Part shown: positions 13,001 through 23,906 of the stretch, piece after piece
How the letters are laid out: every line of letters starts with the position of its first letter
Numbering within the stretch: the stretch's first letter is position 1
From: Neophaeotheca triangularis
Taxonomy: Eukaryota
Assembly: GCA_054600435.1 (NCBI GenBank)
Contig: BAAIJX010000094.1
Location: forward strand, 1 to 51,753
Direction of reading: 5' to 3'
Length of the DNA: 51,753 bases
The notes under the pieces: model-generated
Seen by the model: the letters and a program-made list of their open reading frames with translations, nothing else
Told to the model about the DNA's origin: nothing
Databases searched by the model: none
Program-made: the position numbers and the translations under genes

Positions 13001-14091
13001 AGGATAAGAAGAAGAAGAAGAAGGCGGTGGACTTCTCGGAGAATGACGATTTCCCTCCTGTGAGGCGTCGCAAGGTTGTTGACGAAGCGTCGGAGACGCA
13101 GTCTGAGGACGGCCAACCGGGACCTAGCGGCAGTGGCGTCAAGAAAGAGCCGGGAATCAAGAATGAGCAGCATTATGACGATGAAGAGGCCGACATTCCC
13201 GATATCTTCAAGCAGTTCGCCACGGCACGTACTGACAAGGGCAAAGGCAAGGCCAAAGTCAAGGACGAGGCCGGAGAAGACGAAGAAGACGTCAAGCGCG
13301 AAGACTCCAACTCCAAGCCGAAGAAGGCCAAGAAGTCGAAGAAAGCGCGCGGCAAGGAGAAGAAGGAGAAGAAAGAAAAGCGCGCCAGCAACGCAATCAC
13401 CCTCGCGCAGCTCAAGAAGGATTCCACCCGCAACAACGCCGCGCGCAAACGCTACATCAAGCGTCTCCGCAAAGACTACGTCTCATCGGCGAAAATCGAC
13501 AAAACCATGGAAATCCTCACCAACATCATGAATACGCCTCAATCCGCAGACCACGCCGAACCCGAACGCATCCTCATCTTCTCTCAATGGACCTCCCTCC
13601 TCGACCTGGTTGAAGTACCCATCGACAACGCCGGCTGGGGCTACCGCCGCTACGACGGCTCCCTTTCCGCCCGCATGCGCGGCGACGCCGTCGACGACTT
13701 CAACGACCCCCGCGCCAACGTGCGCATCATGCTCGTTAGCCTCAAAGCCGGCAACGCCGGTCTCAACCTCAACAAAGCCAGCCAAGTCATCATCCTCGAC
13801 CCCTTCTGGAACCCCTACATCGAAGAGCAGGCTATCGACCGCGCCCACCGCATCGGTCAAGAGCGCGAGGTCAAAGTCCACCGTGTCCTCGTTCCGGAGA
13901 CTGTGGAAGATCGTATCATCGCGCTGCAGGAGAAGAAGCGCGAGTTGATCTCCACGGCTTTGGATGAGAAGGCCGCGGCTAGCATTTCTCGCTTGGGCGT
14001 CAGGGAGCTCGCGTATCTCTTCGGTGTCACTGGTAGTGCTGAGCAGAATGTGCAATACCAGGCTCAGCCGCCTAGACCGCGCGGGAGGTGA
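10045..14091 (+). CDS. SNF2-family ATPase with inserted RING finger (Uls1/Ris1-like, Rad5/16 group)
   Basis: GGILGDEMGLGKT, LLDEAQ, MTGTP, LLRLRQACCHP, C3HC4 RING (CPVC..CGH..CQEC..CPEC), helicase-C SLKAGNAGLNL/QAIDRAHRIGQ. First in-frame ATG is 10045 (alternative 10060). Confidence 0.92.
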   Translation: MTSSNMSRDQLEEDLAFTEVMLQSLDSGADDYAVRLGELLAEKEDLQNKLENLSSASSQQQNQARGSYQNGDGYSNGNAHPQSSDFWQTAMNGHYGGAGASGNGAPASSRTVSAASSFGNQSNKRPRPQSSTLGIEERPSKIRTPDHSSPDDDTSSMDDFELIENPDAAITEKHRKRQLEIEATIAQKRAAVQADAEFARRFSQQNGYQQGSTSSNSSSSNGHVQTTIGHGGSFAKPPPSQVKTEYSGQVAPSPMRNSMTSRPWEANYNARTPQVKPEPGPSRQPQRLPQRLHDTGTVDLTASDSEDEPQFVARPTPTVQRSNPYPYANSTQHTPHRPSMPGSYPSAYGNNSPYVYGNDGPRLPPVMQNGGYNQALAESLRAARNAASGAYGQGMSHLQQLGGLIGGSSAAGLSAYGGEISDDDDDDAPRWTGTRNVSHYAGMEELYNSRYREIASYDPAKTKEEINSLLENIRPDEDLPADALVKTPEPMSIKLHKYQEMGLTWLTKAEEGKNQGGILGDEMGLGKTIQMLSLMVSRKSDDPRCKTTLIVAPVALLRQWKQEIQHKIRPGRHALSVYTHHGASKKHDFNDFRHYDVVLTTYGSLASEVKRQEKFHLRKATDPQAQPRKDEKCVLIGHDKLWYRVLLDEAQCIKNKGTQTSKGACMLNAKYRFCMTGTPMMNNVEELFSLIKFLKVKPYCVWESFRKDFTQPLKSGNDDTKDRAMQKLQALCKAIMLRRTKSSTYEGKPILVLPQRTTDTDNVEFSQDETDFYKALESRSQLQFNKYLKKGTVGTNYSAVLVLLLRLRQACCHPHLIRDFGVSASADITPDAMVELAKQLEPHVVTRIKETEGNFECPVCYDAQTNPAIFFPCGHDTCQECFAKIADPAAALQQGNEGSVAARCPECRGAIDPKKVTDFASFKKVHMPELLTEAERAGMQEEDEDSDSDSEDDDNEDEPESWDDVDEQGNLDGFVVGDEEVEMDVKDKKKKKKAVDFSENDDFPPVRRRKVVDEASETQSEDGQPGPSGSGVKKEPGIKNEQHYDDEEADIPDIFKQFATARTDKGKGKAKVKDEAGEDEEDVKREDSNSKPKKAKKSKKARGKEKKEKKEKRASNAITLAQLKKDSTRNNAARKRYIKRLRKDYVSSAKIDKTMEILTNIMNTPQSADHAEPERILIFSQWTSLLDLVEVPIDNAGWGYRRYDGSLSARMRGDAVDDFNDPRANVRIMLVSLKAGNAGLNLNKASQVIILDPFWNPYIEEQAIDRAHRIGQEREVKVHRVLVPETVEDRIIALQEKKRELISTALDEKAAASISRLGVRELAYLFGVTGSAEQNVQYQAQPPRPRGR

Positions 14092-14462
14092 TACTGCTGA
14101 CGACGACGATTCCTCGCTTCCTTTTCGGCATCGGCCGTGAAGCGGAAGCCGGATTTGAACCTCTCTTACTTTTACTTTTACTACTACTACCACACGACAT
14201 GGTGCGGCGTCCCGGGCGCTTTTGGGCTTTCGCCAGACTATGAACAATAAATTTCGAGCGCAATATTGATACCCCAGGGATTGGCAAGGCAGGGTTGCTT
14301 ATGTATCTTTCACCCCATGGCGGGCTTTCGACGGATGAACGAACGAACGAGTGGGCGGGAGTGTGTCGGGCCGTTGGCGATGGCGGCTGCGTTGCTTGAC
14401 CCTTGCATTGTTGCATGCACCTGCTGAACTATCATCACGATCATTATCAAATTACGATTACG

Positions 14463-14506
14463 AAGATGAGGATGAAGATGAAGATGAAGATGAAGATGAA
14501 GATGAA
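14463..14506 (+). repeat. (GATGAA)n microsatellite
   Basis: About 7 tandem copies in the intergenic region. Confidence 0.85.
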
Positions 14507-15284
14507 ACTGCGGGTGGAGAGGGTGCATGCATGCAGGCAGGCAGGCCGTGGGTCGGCTTTGACTCTCCTAATTTCTGAGAACATGGGAGATGGAGATGGG
14601 GTGTGCATAGTATAGTATAATATAGTATAATATGATGTGGGTGGGTGTCTTTATGTGCATAGCTGTTACGATGCCATCATGATCATATGAAGTTTTTCTC
14701 TTTTTCCAATTATATTGTGCTAGAGAGGAAATGGGGACGGCGTGTGGTAGTTGGCAACCAAGCAAGTCATCATGGCATGATTCATTCACTTTACGGTATG
14801 TGCGCGTGTTGTAGATGGTAGGTTGCTTTTGCATTTAGATTTTGTTGCTACTTTATAGGGGGTTTTGGCTTTGTTGGCTGGGTAAGGTACTTTCCCACTT
14901 TGACATCAAGTCGTCTCTTATCCACGGCCGTGTGCTAGTGAAAAGAATACCGAGCTCGCGGCAGGAGATTTGAACGTCGCTTGCACGCCAAGATACGCGC
15001 ACGTGAAGAGGACATGTAGGGCGGGGTTCGCAACTCACTTGAAAGCCGGCCTCGAGGAAGAAGGATCTCAGGAGCCTCTTCAGGACCGCGAAAAAGCCAG
15101 GTTAAGAATCTAAGTCCGTCTGTACTTTAGGAGATAGGGAAGAGTAGCACCAACACACAGCAGCAGCGAGTGGCTATCGACCCCAGCCCCGACCCTCTGC
15201 CTTCTGCCCTCTGCCCGCTCCCTCGGCAAACCCCTTTGCGCTTTCTTTCCCCCCGAATCCCCCATCACCCCAAAGCCCCCCCAC

Positions 15285-18200
15285 TCACGCTTTCCCCTTC
15301 CCTCTCCCACCAACCCCCCTCCCCTCCCCGGGAACCAACTTGTTCAACTTGCGAATCTCCGTCCAACGACTCAGCGCCCCCAGTTCCAACAAATTCACCC
15401 TCCTCACCTTACCACTCGGATTCCCAATCACCACAGCCTTGAAAGCCGGATCTTCTGTCCCTTCCTCGGGCAGCGAACCGGGGAAAGCGGCACTAGCACC
15501 GCCACCGGCCAGAGCGCGACTCGGTCGTCGGCTACCGTGCAGAGTGCCGTCGGGGATGACTTGGACTTCTTTGAAACGGCTGAGGACGAGGATGAACATG
15601 ATGGTGATGAGGAGTAGGATGCCCGCGACGATGGCCGTGGCGGTTTGCGCTCCTAGGCTGCGGGTGATGTCGCCGCTGACACCCGTGGCTGCGGCGGCGA
15701 GGAAGAAGCCGAAAGCTTGGGCGGCGAAGAAGCCGGCGCAGATGCGTGGGAAGGCTGAGTAGTTTGTGCGCCGGCGGAGGTTGATCTCGCCGAGGGATTG
15801 CAGGCGGTGTTTGGTGTTGACGCCTGGTTGGAGGTCGCAGGTGTCAAAGGTTTCCATGATGATGCCGATGCATTCTGAGATGGCGAGGTTGGAGAGAAAG
15901 CCGACGAGCGCGGCCATGGTGCAGGGGACGCCCCAGTGGACGGATTGCCCGGGGGAGGCGAGGGTGTAGGCTAGGCCTGCGAAGGGGAGGAGGATGGAGA
16001 AGAGGCTGCGGCGGAGGAGGTGCGAGGACCAGGTTACGCTGGGTTGGAAGGTCATGCTGTCGGTGCGTTGGGGCTCGAAGCGCGAGCGGGAGAAGAGGTT
16101 GGCGTGGGAGAGAGGGATGGCGAAGAAGGCGCCGATGGCGAGCGAGAGGGCCGCTAGTCCGACGTATTGAGGGTGCCAGCGGTATTCGCGGGACATGAGG
16201 GCGCCGATGAGCTGGCATCGTTACTGTTAGCATGATTAAGTCCGAATCGTGGCTGGTTGGACTCACCAAAATCACAAACACCACTTGGCAGTAAATCCAC
16301 GCCAGATAAACCATCAACACCGCAAACCCGGGCTGAAATATCATCCTCTTCATCAACACCACGCCCGCCCAAGCCTCGTGCCACCACCACTTGGGCCCTT
16401 CGTTGGAGATATGCAACTTGATCTCGCCCCTGGCAACCCGTCTCCTCAACTTCTCATCCTCATCCAAAAAGTGATGGATAGAGCGTCGATACGGCGCGCG
16501 CCTTGTTTCCGGCGCCACCACGTTGACGAGCAAGAAGAACGCCAGCAAGATCACAACAATGTAAAAGCCCCACCCGGGGTCCAAGTGATCGATGATCGTG
16601 GCCCCGATCCAGAACCCAATACTCAGACTGCCGACGAAACACCAGCTCCATAGACCCAACCACATCCCCATGCCCCCGCCTTGTCTGCGAACATCGTCTG
16701 GATTGACGACTTCTTGGTGCGGCTTGTAGCTCATCAGCGAGGCGCCGTACAGATCAAGGAGCGTGGGCAGGAAGTTGATGTTGGCGAAACCCATGGCTAT
16801 ACCGGTTAAGACTCGAGGGAGAAGGAGACCGACGCGGTAGGTGGCGGTGTCCGGGTTGCGGTAGCTCGAGACGACGATGGCTTGGGGGAACTGCAAGGGT
16901 AGCATTACGGCGAAAGCGACGAGGGTGTAGGGTTTGCGGCCGTGGAGAAGAGGGAGGGGCCAGGCTAGGAGGGTTGTCAAGGCGAGGCCGATATAGAGGC
17001 TGGACAAATATCTATTAGCTGTGGCCAAGTGAGTTGTCCCAGCATGAGGCGACTTACAGCACATTCCCCAAGATGACGTTGTTGTTCAAATCGGCCAGCT
17101 GGTATTGGATCCTGGGCACTTCTCCGGCCTGTAGAAACTAAAGTCAGCACAAGACTCATCTATTGCGCGTTTACCACCTGTCCCCGTTCAAGCAGTTGCT
17201 GTGACCGAATGTCAACCCCTCGAACCCCAGCTGCTGTCCCTTTCACATCACGCGGGAGTCCAAACTCCAGTCCAACAGCCTGCCGACACAACGCCTTCAT
17301 TTGTTATCTTCACCGCTCCCGCTCCACCATCCTGAGCCCATTACCCCATCCAAACCTTCCTGGCCTATCCCCTCCCTCGCTCGTCACCCTAACCACACAC
17401 CAGAAAAGAAGAAAGACAAACTCACATAAATCCCACTAATCAACCCAATAAACACAGTATTTGCGCACGCGATAACCGCCGTAATCCTCTTGCGGTACAA
17501 GTTCTACTCCCGCGCAATCGGCTGTCGTTTATGATGCCTTCCTAAACTGAAACCCTGGTTTTCCCGCAAACTGATATGGCGGCGTCGGGGATGCCGGAGG
17601 TCGAGGCCGTTTTGGATTCCATTACGGGAGATGGTGGTGCGTCGGGGACCGTTGGTTGGGGTGGGGGTTGAGGAGCTGGCGGAGAGGGGTGTTAGTTCTG
17701 AGGCCTGAGGCGGGAGCTGTTGGGAATGCGGGGGAGGGGGGGGGAGGGAAGGGCGGGCGCTTGGGTTCGAAGCCTAGGAAAGAGCATGGGACCAGTGTGC
17801 GATTGAGCTTGGCGGGGTTGGGATGATAGAGATGTGGAAATCCAGAAGAATAATACATACCTATTTCCCCCTCCCTCCCCAGTCCCCGTAGCGGTCGAGT
17901 CCACTCTCCTCGGCTGATCCATCTGGCTCGCAGTCACAGCATGCAGAATCCTCGGATGCTGTTCGACGCGCTTTCGCAAATGCAGGTGACCCGCTTCCGG
18001 CGCTATACCTACCATGGCCGCTCTGCTTTCGCTACTGCTGCTGCTGCTCGATGGAGAGTCTGCGCTATGTAGAGTCACCATTGCATCGACTGGGTCGATG
18101 TGCATGAGGGGCGAGGCCTGGGACTTGGGTTGCGGTGGCTGTAGGGTTGGTGAGGTGGAGCGGCGCATGGCGCGTTGCATACCTTCCTTTCCCGGGGCCC

Positions 18201-19878
18201 AATAGGCGAAGTCTCGGACTACGAATTCAGCTGATGGCGGGTGGTAGAGGACCGACGGCGTTGGGTGGATTGAGCCGGTCTCACTGGCTGGTTTCTCCGT
18301 TCCTACGCCCAAGGGTTGACGGCTTGGTTGCGCGCTGTTTGTGAAGAGTGTCGGGACTGTTTCTTCGGAATTTGCGCGGCTGTGGTAGGGGGTAGAAATG
18401 TCGGAGTGCGAGTCGAGGTATTCGATCGTGCTGTCGTCGTCTGTAAGATCGTCGCTGGCGTCAAGGTAAGCTTCGGAGTCAGAATGAGACTGTGGGCGGA
18501 CGGGCGGGGCGTAGGGAGATGTTGGGGCCTCGGAAGGCCCGGTAGCTGTGGTTATCAGAGGCTGGCTCATTCTGGTATGGACGGTGCTAGCTTTGCGAAG
18601 AGTTGCTGCGGCACTGTCGAGGATATTCGTTGCTTCGTCGCTTTGGCCACGTTCGGCGGCTTGTTGGGCTACGAGGACTGCTTGATCGACTAGATCGCCT
18701 AGGCCTATGACAGCGTTGTTGAGCTCGGTTGGGTGGACTGAAGAAGTGGAAGAAGACGGCGGCGAGAGGTCAAGATGCTCCGGCAGGGGCATGAGCGTGT
18801 CTTTCCTGGTTATGGCTCGCTCTGGTGATCTGAGTGGCTCACTGCTCGACGGCGTCTCCGAGGTAGACAGCATCATGTGACTTGGCATTCCGGTAATCGT
18901 TTTTCGTCTAACGGAAGGTAGGGTGTCATCAGTGGCTGGCGAAGTAGCCCTTCGCGACACTGCATCCACAGCAGGCAGTTCTCGCAACTCAACTTCGTGA
19001 TCGCAGGAGGTACAGCTAAGCGAGCTTGGACGACTTGCTTCAGATCCATAACCCGGTAGGACGGGATTCCAAGTCGCATGAACGCCTTGGGCTCGCAAGT
19101 CCGCTTTCGTTTTAACATACTGGCTATATGAGTCGGATGACTGCTGCACCTGACGAACGAAGGGGGCCGAATCGCGCCTCACGGAGCCCGTTGGTGAGCT
19201 TTCGGCTTCCGTCGAGGGCATGGTTGCGCTGTACTCCGAGGGCGAGGATTCAGCCGTATTGATTGGTTTGGCTTTAGGCTTCTTTAGGGTCGCGAGCGGC
19301 GTCGCGTCCTCCTGAAAGCGTGATTGACGTTCGCCAGCACGAGAGGTTGGGTTAAAAGATCCGCGGCGTGCTATTGGTTCCTTCTTCAGCTCACGAACAG
19401 ATGGTGTGGACACGGTCGGACGTAGAGTCGAATCTGCGTCAAATCTGGGCTTGCCTTGCACTTGCTCTGCGGCTGTTGGAGATAGGATAGGCTGTTCCAC
19501 GTCGCCTGTTGCTGGCTGCGGCAAGACAGTCTCTTCGAGACTGAGTTGTGAGTCGAAACTACCAGGTATGAAGCCCGGTCCACGAGCAAGCTTCGAACCT
19601 TTCTGACCATCGAGCCAGGGAAGCTTTTTGCGAGGCACGGCCATGCTTTCAACGGAAGCATGCTTTCCTTGAGCACCTGGCAGCGCAGAATGACCACCTG
19701 CTGTGATGCCCGTTGCACGTTTGTTGACACCGCTCGCAGAGGAGTCAGAGGCCACCGAGACGCCTTTGTCCAATGCCGCTTTGCTCGAATGTGCGATTCG
19801 GCGAAAGCTCCCACTTCTACGATTCTTGTTGCCCGAGTCCGGCGCCTGACCCGGTAACGTTTGGTTCATCATCACCAT
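15285..19878 (-). CDS. MFS-domain protein with long disordered N-terminus, AMD1-like; exons 19878-17861, 17675-17426, 17128-17058, 16999-16267, 16211-15285; one in-frame TAG at 17506-17504
   Basis: Four introns, each with GTATGT/GTGAGT/GTAAGT donor, CTAAC/CTGAC/CTAAT branch and CAG acceptor, all phase-compatible (3999 nt). Spliced product reads ...QPIARE*NLYRKRITAVIACANTVFIGLISGIY|AGEVPRIQYQ..LHGRKPY.. with multiple TM helices. Start codon uncertain. Confidence 0.85.
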
Positions 19879-20475
19879 GCTGGTATTAAGCTTACTGGCC
19901 GTGAACGTTCCTGCTTCGCCGGCGGCTGGCCTTGGCTGCACGCAAGCGAGTGCGGACTTGCACCTAGCAGGTTCGGAGAGTGACGAACTTCTGTGCCTGG
20001 TTGATCCGAAAGCTGGGAGAGCGTGAGGCGGTTTCGCGTTTCTTGATGGAGATGTAGGCGGCTAGATCATCTACTGTGAAGGCAGAGGGCATGCAGGGGA
20101 GGTTGAGAAGGCAGATAACGTTAGAGTGGACAACAAAGGATATGAAAAGAACGGAGACTGTGTCATGAGGTGGAGATACAGGCTTGACGACCAGCGCGCA
20201 AGTCTGTGTAGGGAAGCGAAACGGTGTTGAGGGCCGCGAGGGAAGAAGAGTGATGTCGACCTCGGGAGGTCGGATGAGATGAGAGATGAGTTGATGATGT
20301 CGAGAGCTCGTGTTGTTGATACTCGTACGTGTCTGAAGAAGGTCCGAGAAAGTGCTTCGGCAGGGCGCTTGCCAATTGATCGTGACGACAACGGGACCTG
20401 CCTTGTGCTCTCCTTGCAGAGCGGTCCAATTCTCGCATCCAATTGCTTCAACCATCACTCATAACCATCATAAAG

Positions 20476-21369
20476 TCATTCCTCATACCGAACCTTGCCC
20501 TGACTCACGTCAGGATAAACATCAAACCTCCTCTGCCCATAAATCGGGATGCCCTTCCTAGTCTCCTCGATAGTCTGCCCATCCAATTCGGCGTAAGTGA
20601 TCCCCTCCTCGGGGCCCAACTCACTCACAATCTTCGCATTCGGCTGCACAACCATCGAATGCCCCCAAGCGTTGTAGTCCGCTTGCATATCTCTTGCCGG
20701 ACTGCACATACCAACGTAGACCTGGTTATCCATAGCCCTAGCTCTAGCTTGCAGTTCCCAGTGCAGCTCGCCCGTTGTCAAGTTGAAAGCACCCGGGTAG
20801 ACGAGCAAGAAGCAGTCCTTGCGCGCAGCGATCATTGCAAGTTCCGGGAAACGGACATCGTAGCAGATGGCGACTGCGATCTTGCCGTATTCGGGGAGGT
20901 CTACCAGAGTGACTTTGTTGCCCGGGGACAGCACTTCGGACTCGTGGAAGGAGATCTTACCCGGGATATCGATATCGAAGAGGTGCACTTTGCGGTGGGT
21001 GGCCAGGAGCGTGCCGTCAGGGCTGAAGGTTAGGGAGGTATTGTAGTGTTTTTGTGTCTCTGTCGACCATTCGGGGATGCTGCCGCCAACGAGGTAGGTT
21101 TTTGCTTCTTTGGCTAGAGCGGAGAGGGCGTGGAAAGAGGGCGATTGCTCTTTGGTGGGCGGGGAGGGTAGTAGGGTCTCGGCATATTTGGGAAAGTGTT
21201 TGGTGCCGTACGGGGAGTTGAAGCATTCAGGGAGGACGACCAGGTTGGCGCCGTTAGAGGTTGCTTCCAATACTTTGGACCGGGCTCGCGCGAGGTTTGC
21301 TGCCTTGTCGGCGCCGGTGGACAGCTGCACCAGCGCAAGCTTCAATGGCTTCTTCAGGAGTTTGGACAT
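20476..21369 (-). CDS. NIT3: Carbon-nitrogen hydrolase, omega-amidase Nit2/NIT3 type
   Basis: Catalytic triad motifs LPECFNSPY, HRKVHLFDIDIPG and ICYDVRFPE. Probable start MSKLLKKPLKLALVQL; the frame is open upstream to 21564. Confidence 0.88.
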   Translation of the reverse strand: MSKLLKKPLKLALVQLSTGADKAANLARARSKVLEATSNGANLVVLPECFNSPYGTKHFPKYAETLLPSPPTKEQSPSFHALSALAKEAKTYLVGGSIPEWSTETQKHYNTSLTFSPDGTLLATHRKVHLFDIDIPGKISFHESEVLSPGNKVTLVDLPEYGKIAVAICYDVRFPELAMIAARKDCFLLVYPGAFNLTTGELHWELQARARAMDNQVYVGMCSPARDMQADYNAWGHSMVVQPNAKIVSELGPEEGITYAELDGQTIEETRKGIPIYGQRRFDVYPDVSQGKVRYEE

Positions 21370-22009
21370 ATTCTCTGCTTGACCGTCAACGAGGACTTGT
21401 TTCCAGACGATTGGATAAGGTATCTGGACGGCTTGTCCGAAATAGGAAGTGATGTCGACTGGAGCCTGGGGCGGGAATCTAGTAAGCTTACTTAAGCAAG
21501 TCGCCGCCATTGGAGTCCAGTTCACCACATGAGAATGAGATATACAGAATGAGATATACAGCATCTACCTGTCGGTACCTTCTCTATGCTTTTCTTCCGC
21601 CCACGACATAGCACCGACACATCTCGCAAATGTATCTTTGGGAGCCTGTGCGCAAGCAACGCACATCACAAGTCGTTTTGGCCGTGGGAGACGAACGTAA
21701 AAGCAGCCCGGTTTCAAGGCGTATGCTGAGGGACAGAACAACGATGGTCGCCCTATGGTAAACGTGTGATGATTGTGAGCATACAGCCATGGTTGTAGTG
21801 GTGTCAACAAAATTCGCGTCAGGAATGTAGACCATTCCGCTACAGGTAGGTTATCAACAAGCCAAAGGCTTCGGCCGGCAAGCATGTATGTTTGCCTCAT
21901 CCTCTTTGACCATCCCCCTTCTCCTCTCTCTTTCCCTTCTTATTTCCTCAATAATCGGAATCAAAATATCAGATTTACCTAGGCAAACCCCCACCTACAC
22001 TCACCAACC

Positions 22010-23906
22010 ATGGCACCCAGAAACCCCAGCTCGACAAGGGGTCAGGCCAACACAAGACGAGGTGAGCGCCACGTCCGTCTAAGCGAAGAGCCTGGGACTC
22101 CCGAATTCCGCTCTCCTAGACGTAACTGGGACCGCAATGCCTCCCCCAATCGTCCGGCTCTGAGGCATGCCTCTGGTGCCGGTAACAGCGCTGACCCCAA
22201 CCAAGACCAGAATGCGCAGCTCCCCAGTCCCGAATCTCTAGAGTTTCCAGACGACAACCAGACGGCGCGTGGAACCAGGGCTAGAGCCCATCACACGCAA
22301 CGAAACACGCAGCGAAACACGCAGCACAACACGCAGCAGAATGCTCGGCTTCCAAGTCCGGATGCTACGCACTTACAAGAGCATCAAACGGCTCGTGGAA
22401 CACGCGCCGGGCCGCATTCGAGACAACATCAGGCAACTCACGAGCAACGCGGTGATTCTGCTGTTGAAATAACGAGTGCCGCGCCGACCAACAAAAAGAA
22501 AACCGCCGCCCAGACTCAAGCCACTGCTGGCAAGGCCAAAGCCAAATCCACCTCGAAAATGGAAAAGACTGCTCCGATAGAGAACGACGCATCCATGGAA
22601 ACAGCCAACGCAGAGAATGAATCCGACGTTTACGTTTGTGAAGCCTTGCACGACATCCGCGATCTGCTAAAGGAGCTCGCTGAGAGCGTCCCGAACTTGC
22701 CCAAAAACGTCGACAAGGCCAAGCTCCTCGACGACCTTGTCGTTCCTGCCAACAAGTGTTTGGTCAGGTACATTGGTTGCCTTGCCATGGGAGGGTCAAA
22801 TGGCGTTAATGGTTGGCGCGAGCTGTACAGCGACGATGCATGCCGCCAAGCGTTGGTCCATGGTGTCGTCGGCCGCGCCCTCAAGGAAACAGCTTTCAGC
22901 AAACTCTGGTTTGGCGCTGCGCCTTTCGAGGAGCGCAAACTGCATGAGCTTGAAGTCAAAGGCAGAGACAAGGATGGTAAGCAGCCCACCCCTCCTCTCC
23001 TCGCTTCTATTTTAACACCCACTAGGTTTCTACCGCACCGAGCAGCGCGCAGCCGAGTGCGCCCGCCTCCACGCACAAGACCCCAATGGCACCTCCGCCG
23101 CCGCCGTCGAAGCGCAAGCCACCCTCTTCACCCAACTCCAACATCTCGTCATGCCCCTCTTCAACAACCGCATGTCCTCCGCCTCTTCCCACACTCTGGC
23201 CGACCTAGTCAACAAATCCTTCAACCTGGCCCGCCACCTCCGCCTTCAACCCCACTCCCTCTACCACTGGACGTCGGTCTTCAAAGACGAAGAATTCGAC
23301 CCCAGCCGCATGGAAGTGCTGAACCTCGAAGCCACGATGAAAACGTCCCCCTACGAAACCACCAAAATCAACGGCATCAACCGCGCCGTTCTCAAAAAGG
23401 GCCAGGAGCACCGCGACGAAGCCATCGTCCGCGTCGTATGCTTGCCAGCCCTGTCAGTCTATCGTCGCTACGGGGGCGCCCTCTCCGCCCACGAACTCGC
23501 CACGGAACTCGAACGCACCGCTTCCCACCCTCCAGACGTCTTGGCTTCCTACTCCCGCGACCGCAGCTCCGCTCACAACCTCACCGGCGATGAGGGCTAC
23601 CGCTCGCGCCCACTTGGTCTAGCTGTCGTGCACTTGCAGTGGGGCAAGCAACGCCTCTTGACCAAAGAAGCGGGCACGAGTGCTTTTCTTGCCGAGAGGA
23701 GGTTGAAGGGTTTCAATTCCAAGTACGAGAAGGATTACGAGGGCTTCACCGAATTGTGGAACTGGGCTTGGGATAAGTGGGACAGGGAGGGCAAGTTGGA
23801 AGAGGTGTGGGATGCGAGTGATCAGAAGGAAGCTGATGGGGGCGAGGAGGTTGGGGGTTCTGTGGGCGAGGATGCTGAGGGGGATCTCGTTATGCATGGG
23901 ACTTAG
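22010..23906 (+). CDS. Hypothetical fungal protein; exons 22010-22976 and 23026-23906
   Basis: 49-nt intron 22977-23025 (GTAAGC..TTAAC..TAG) joins ORF 22010 to the frame of ORF 23151 (DG|FYRTEQRA). Disordered N-terminus, helical-looking C-terminal half. Confidence 0.75.

Noticed and set aside
11641..14247. Long antisense ORFs over the SNF2 gene (similarly over HIS4 and others)
   Set aside because: Expected shadows of GC3-biased coding sequence.
17426..17675. A small intron removing the TAG at 17506
   Set aside because: GTAGAA is a poor donor, no branch/acceptor pair fits, and the residues on both sides form a continuous MFS pre-TM1 motif.
17692..19941. 749-aa ORF as an independent gene, with the MFS ORFs as a separate gene
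   Set aside because: A GTATGT donor at 17860 and CTAAC..CAG acceptor at 17676 join it in frame to the exon leading into TM1. The nearer TAG acceptor at 17774 has no good branch site and hits a stop at 17692.
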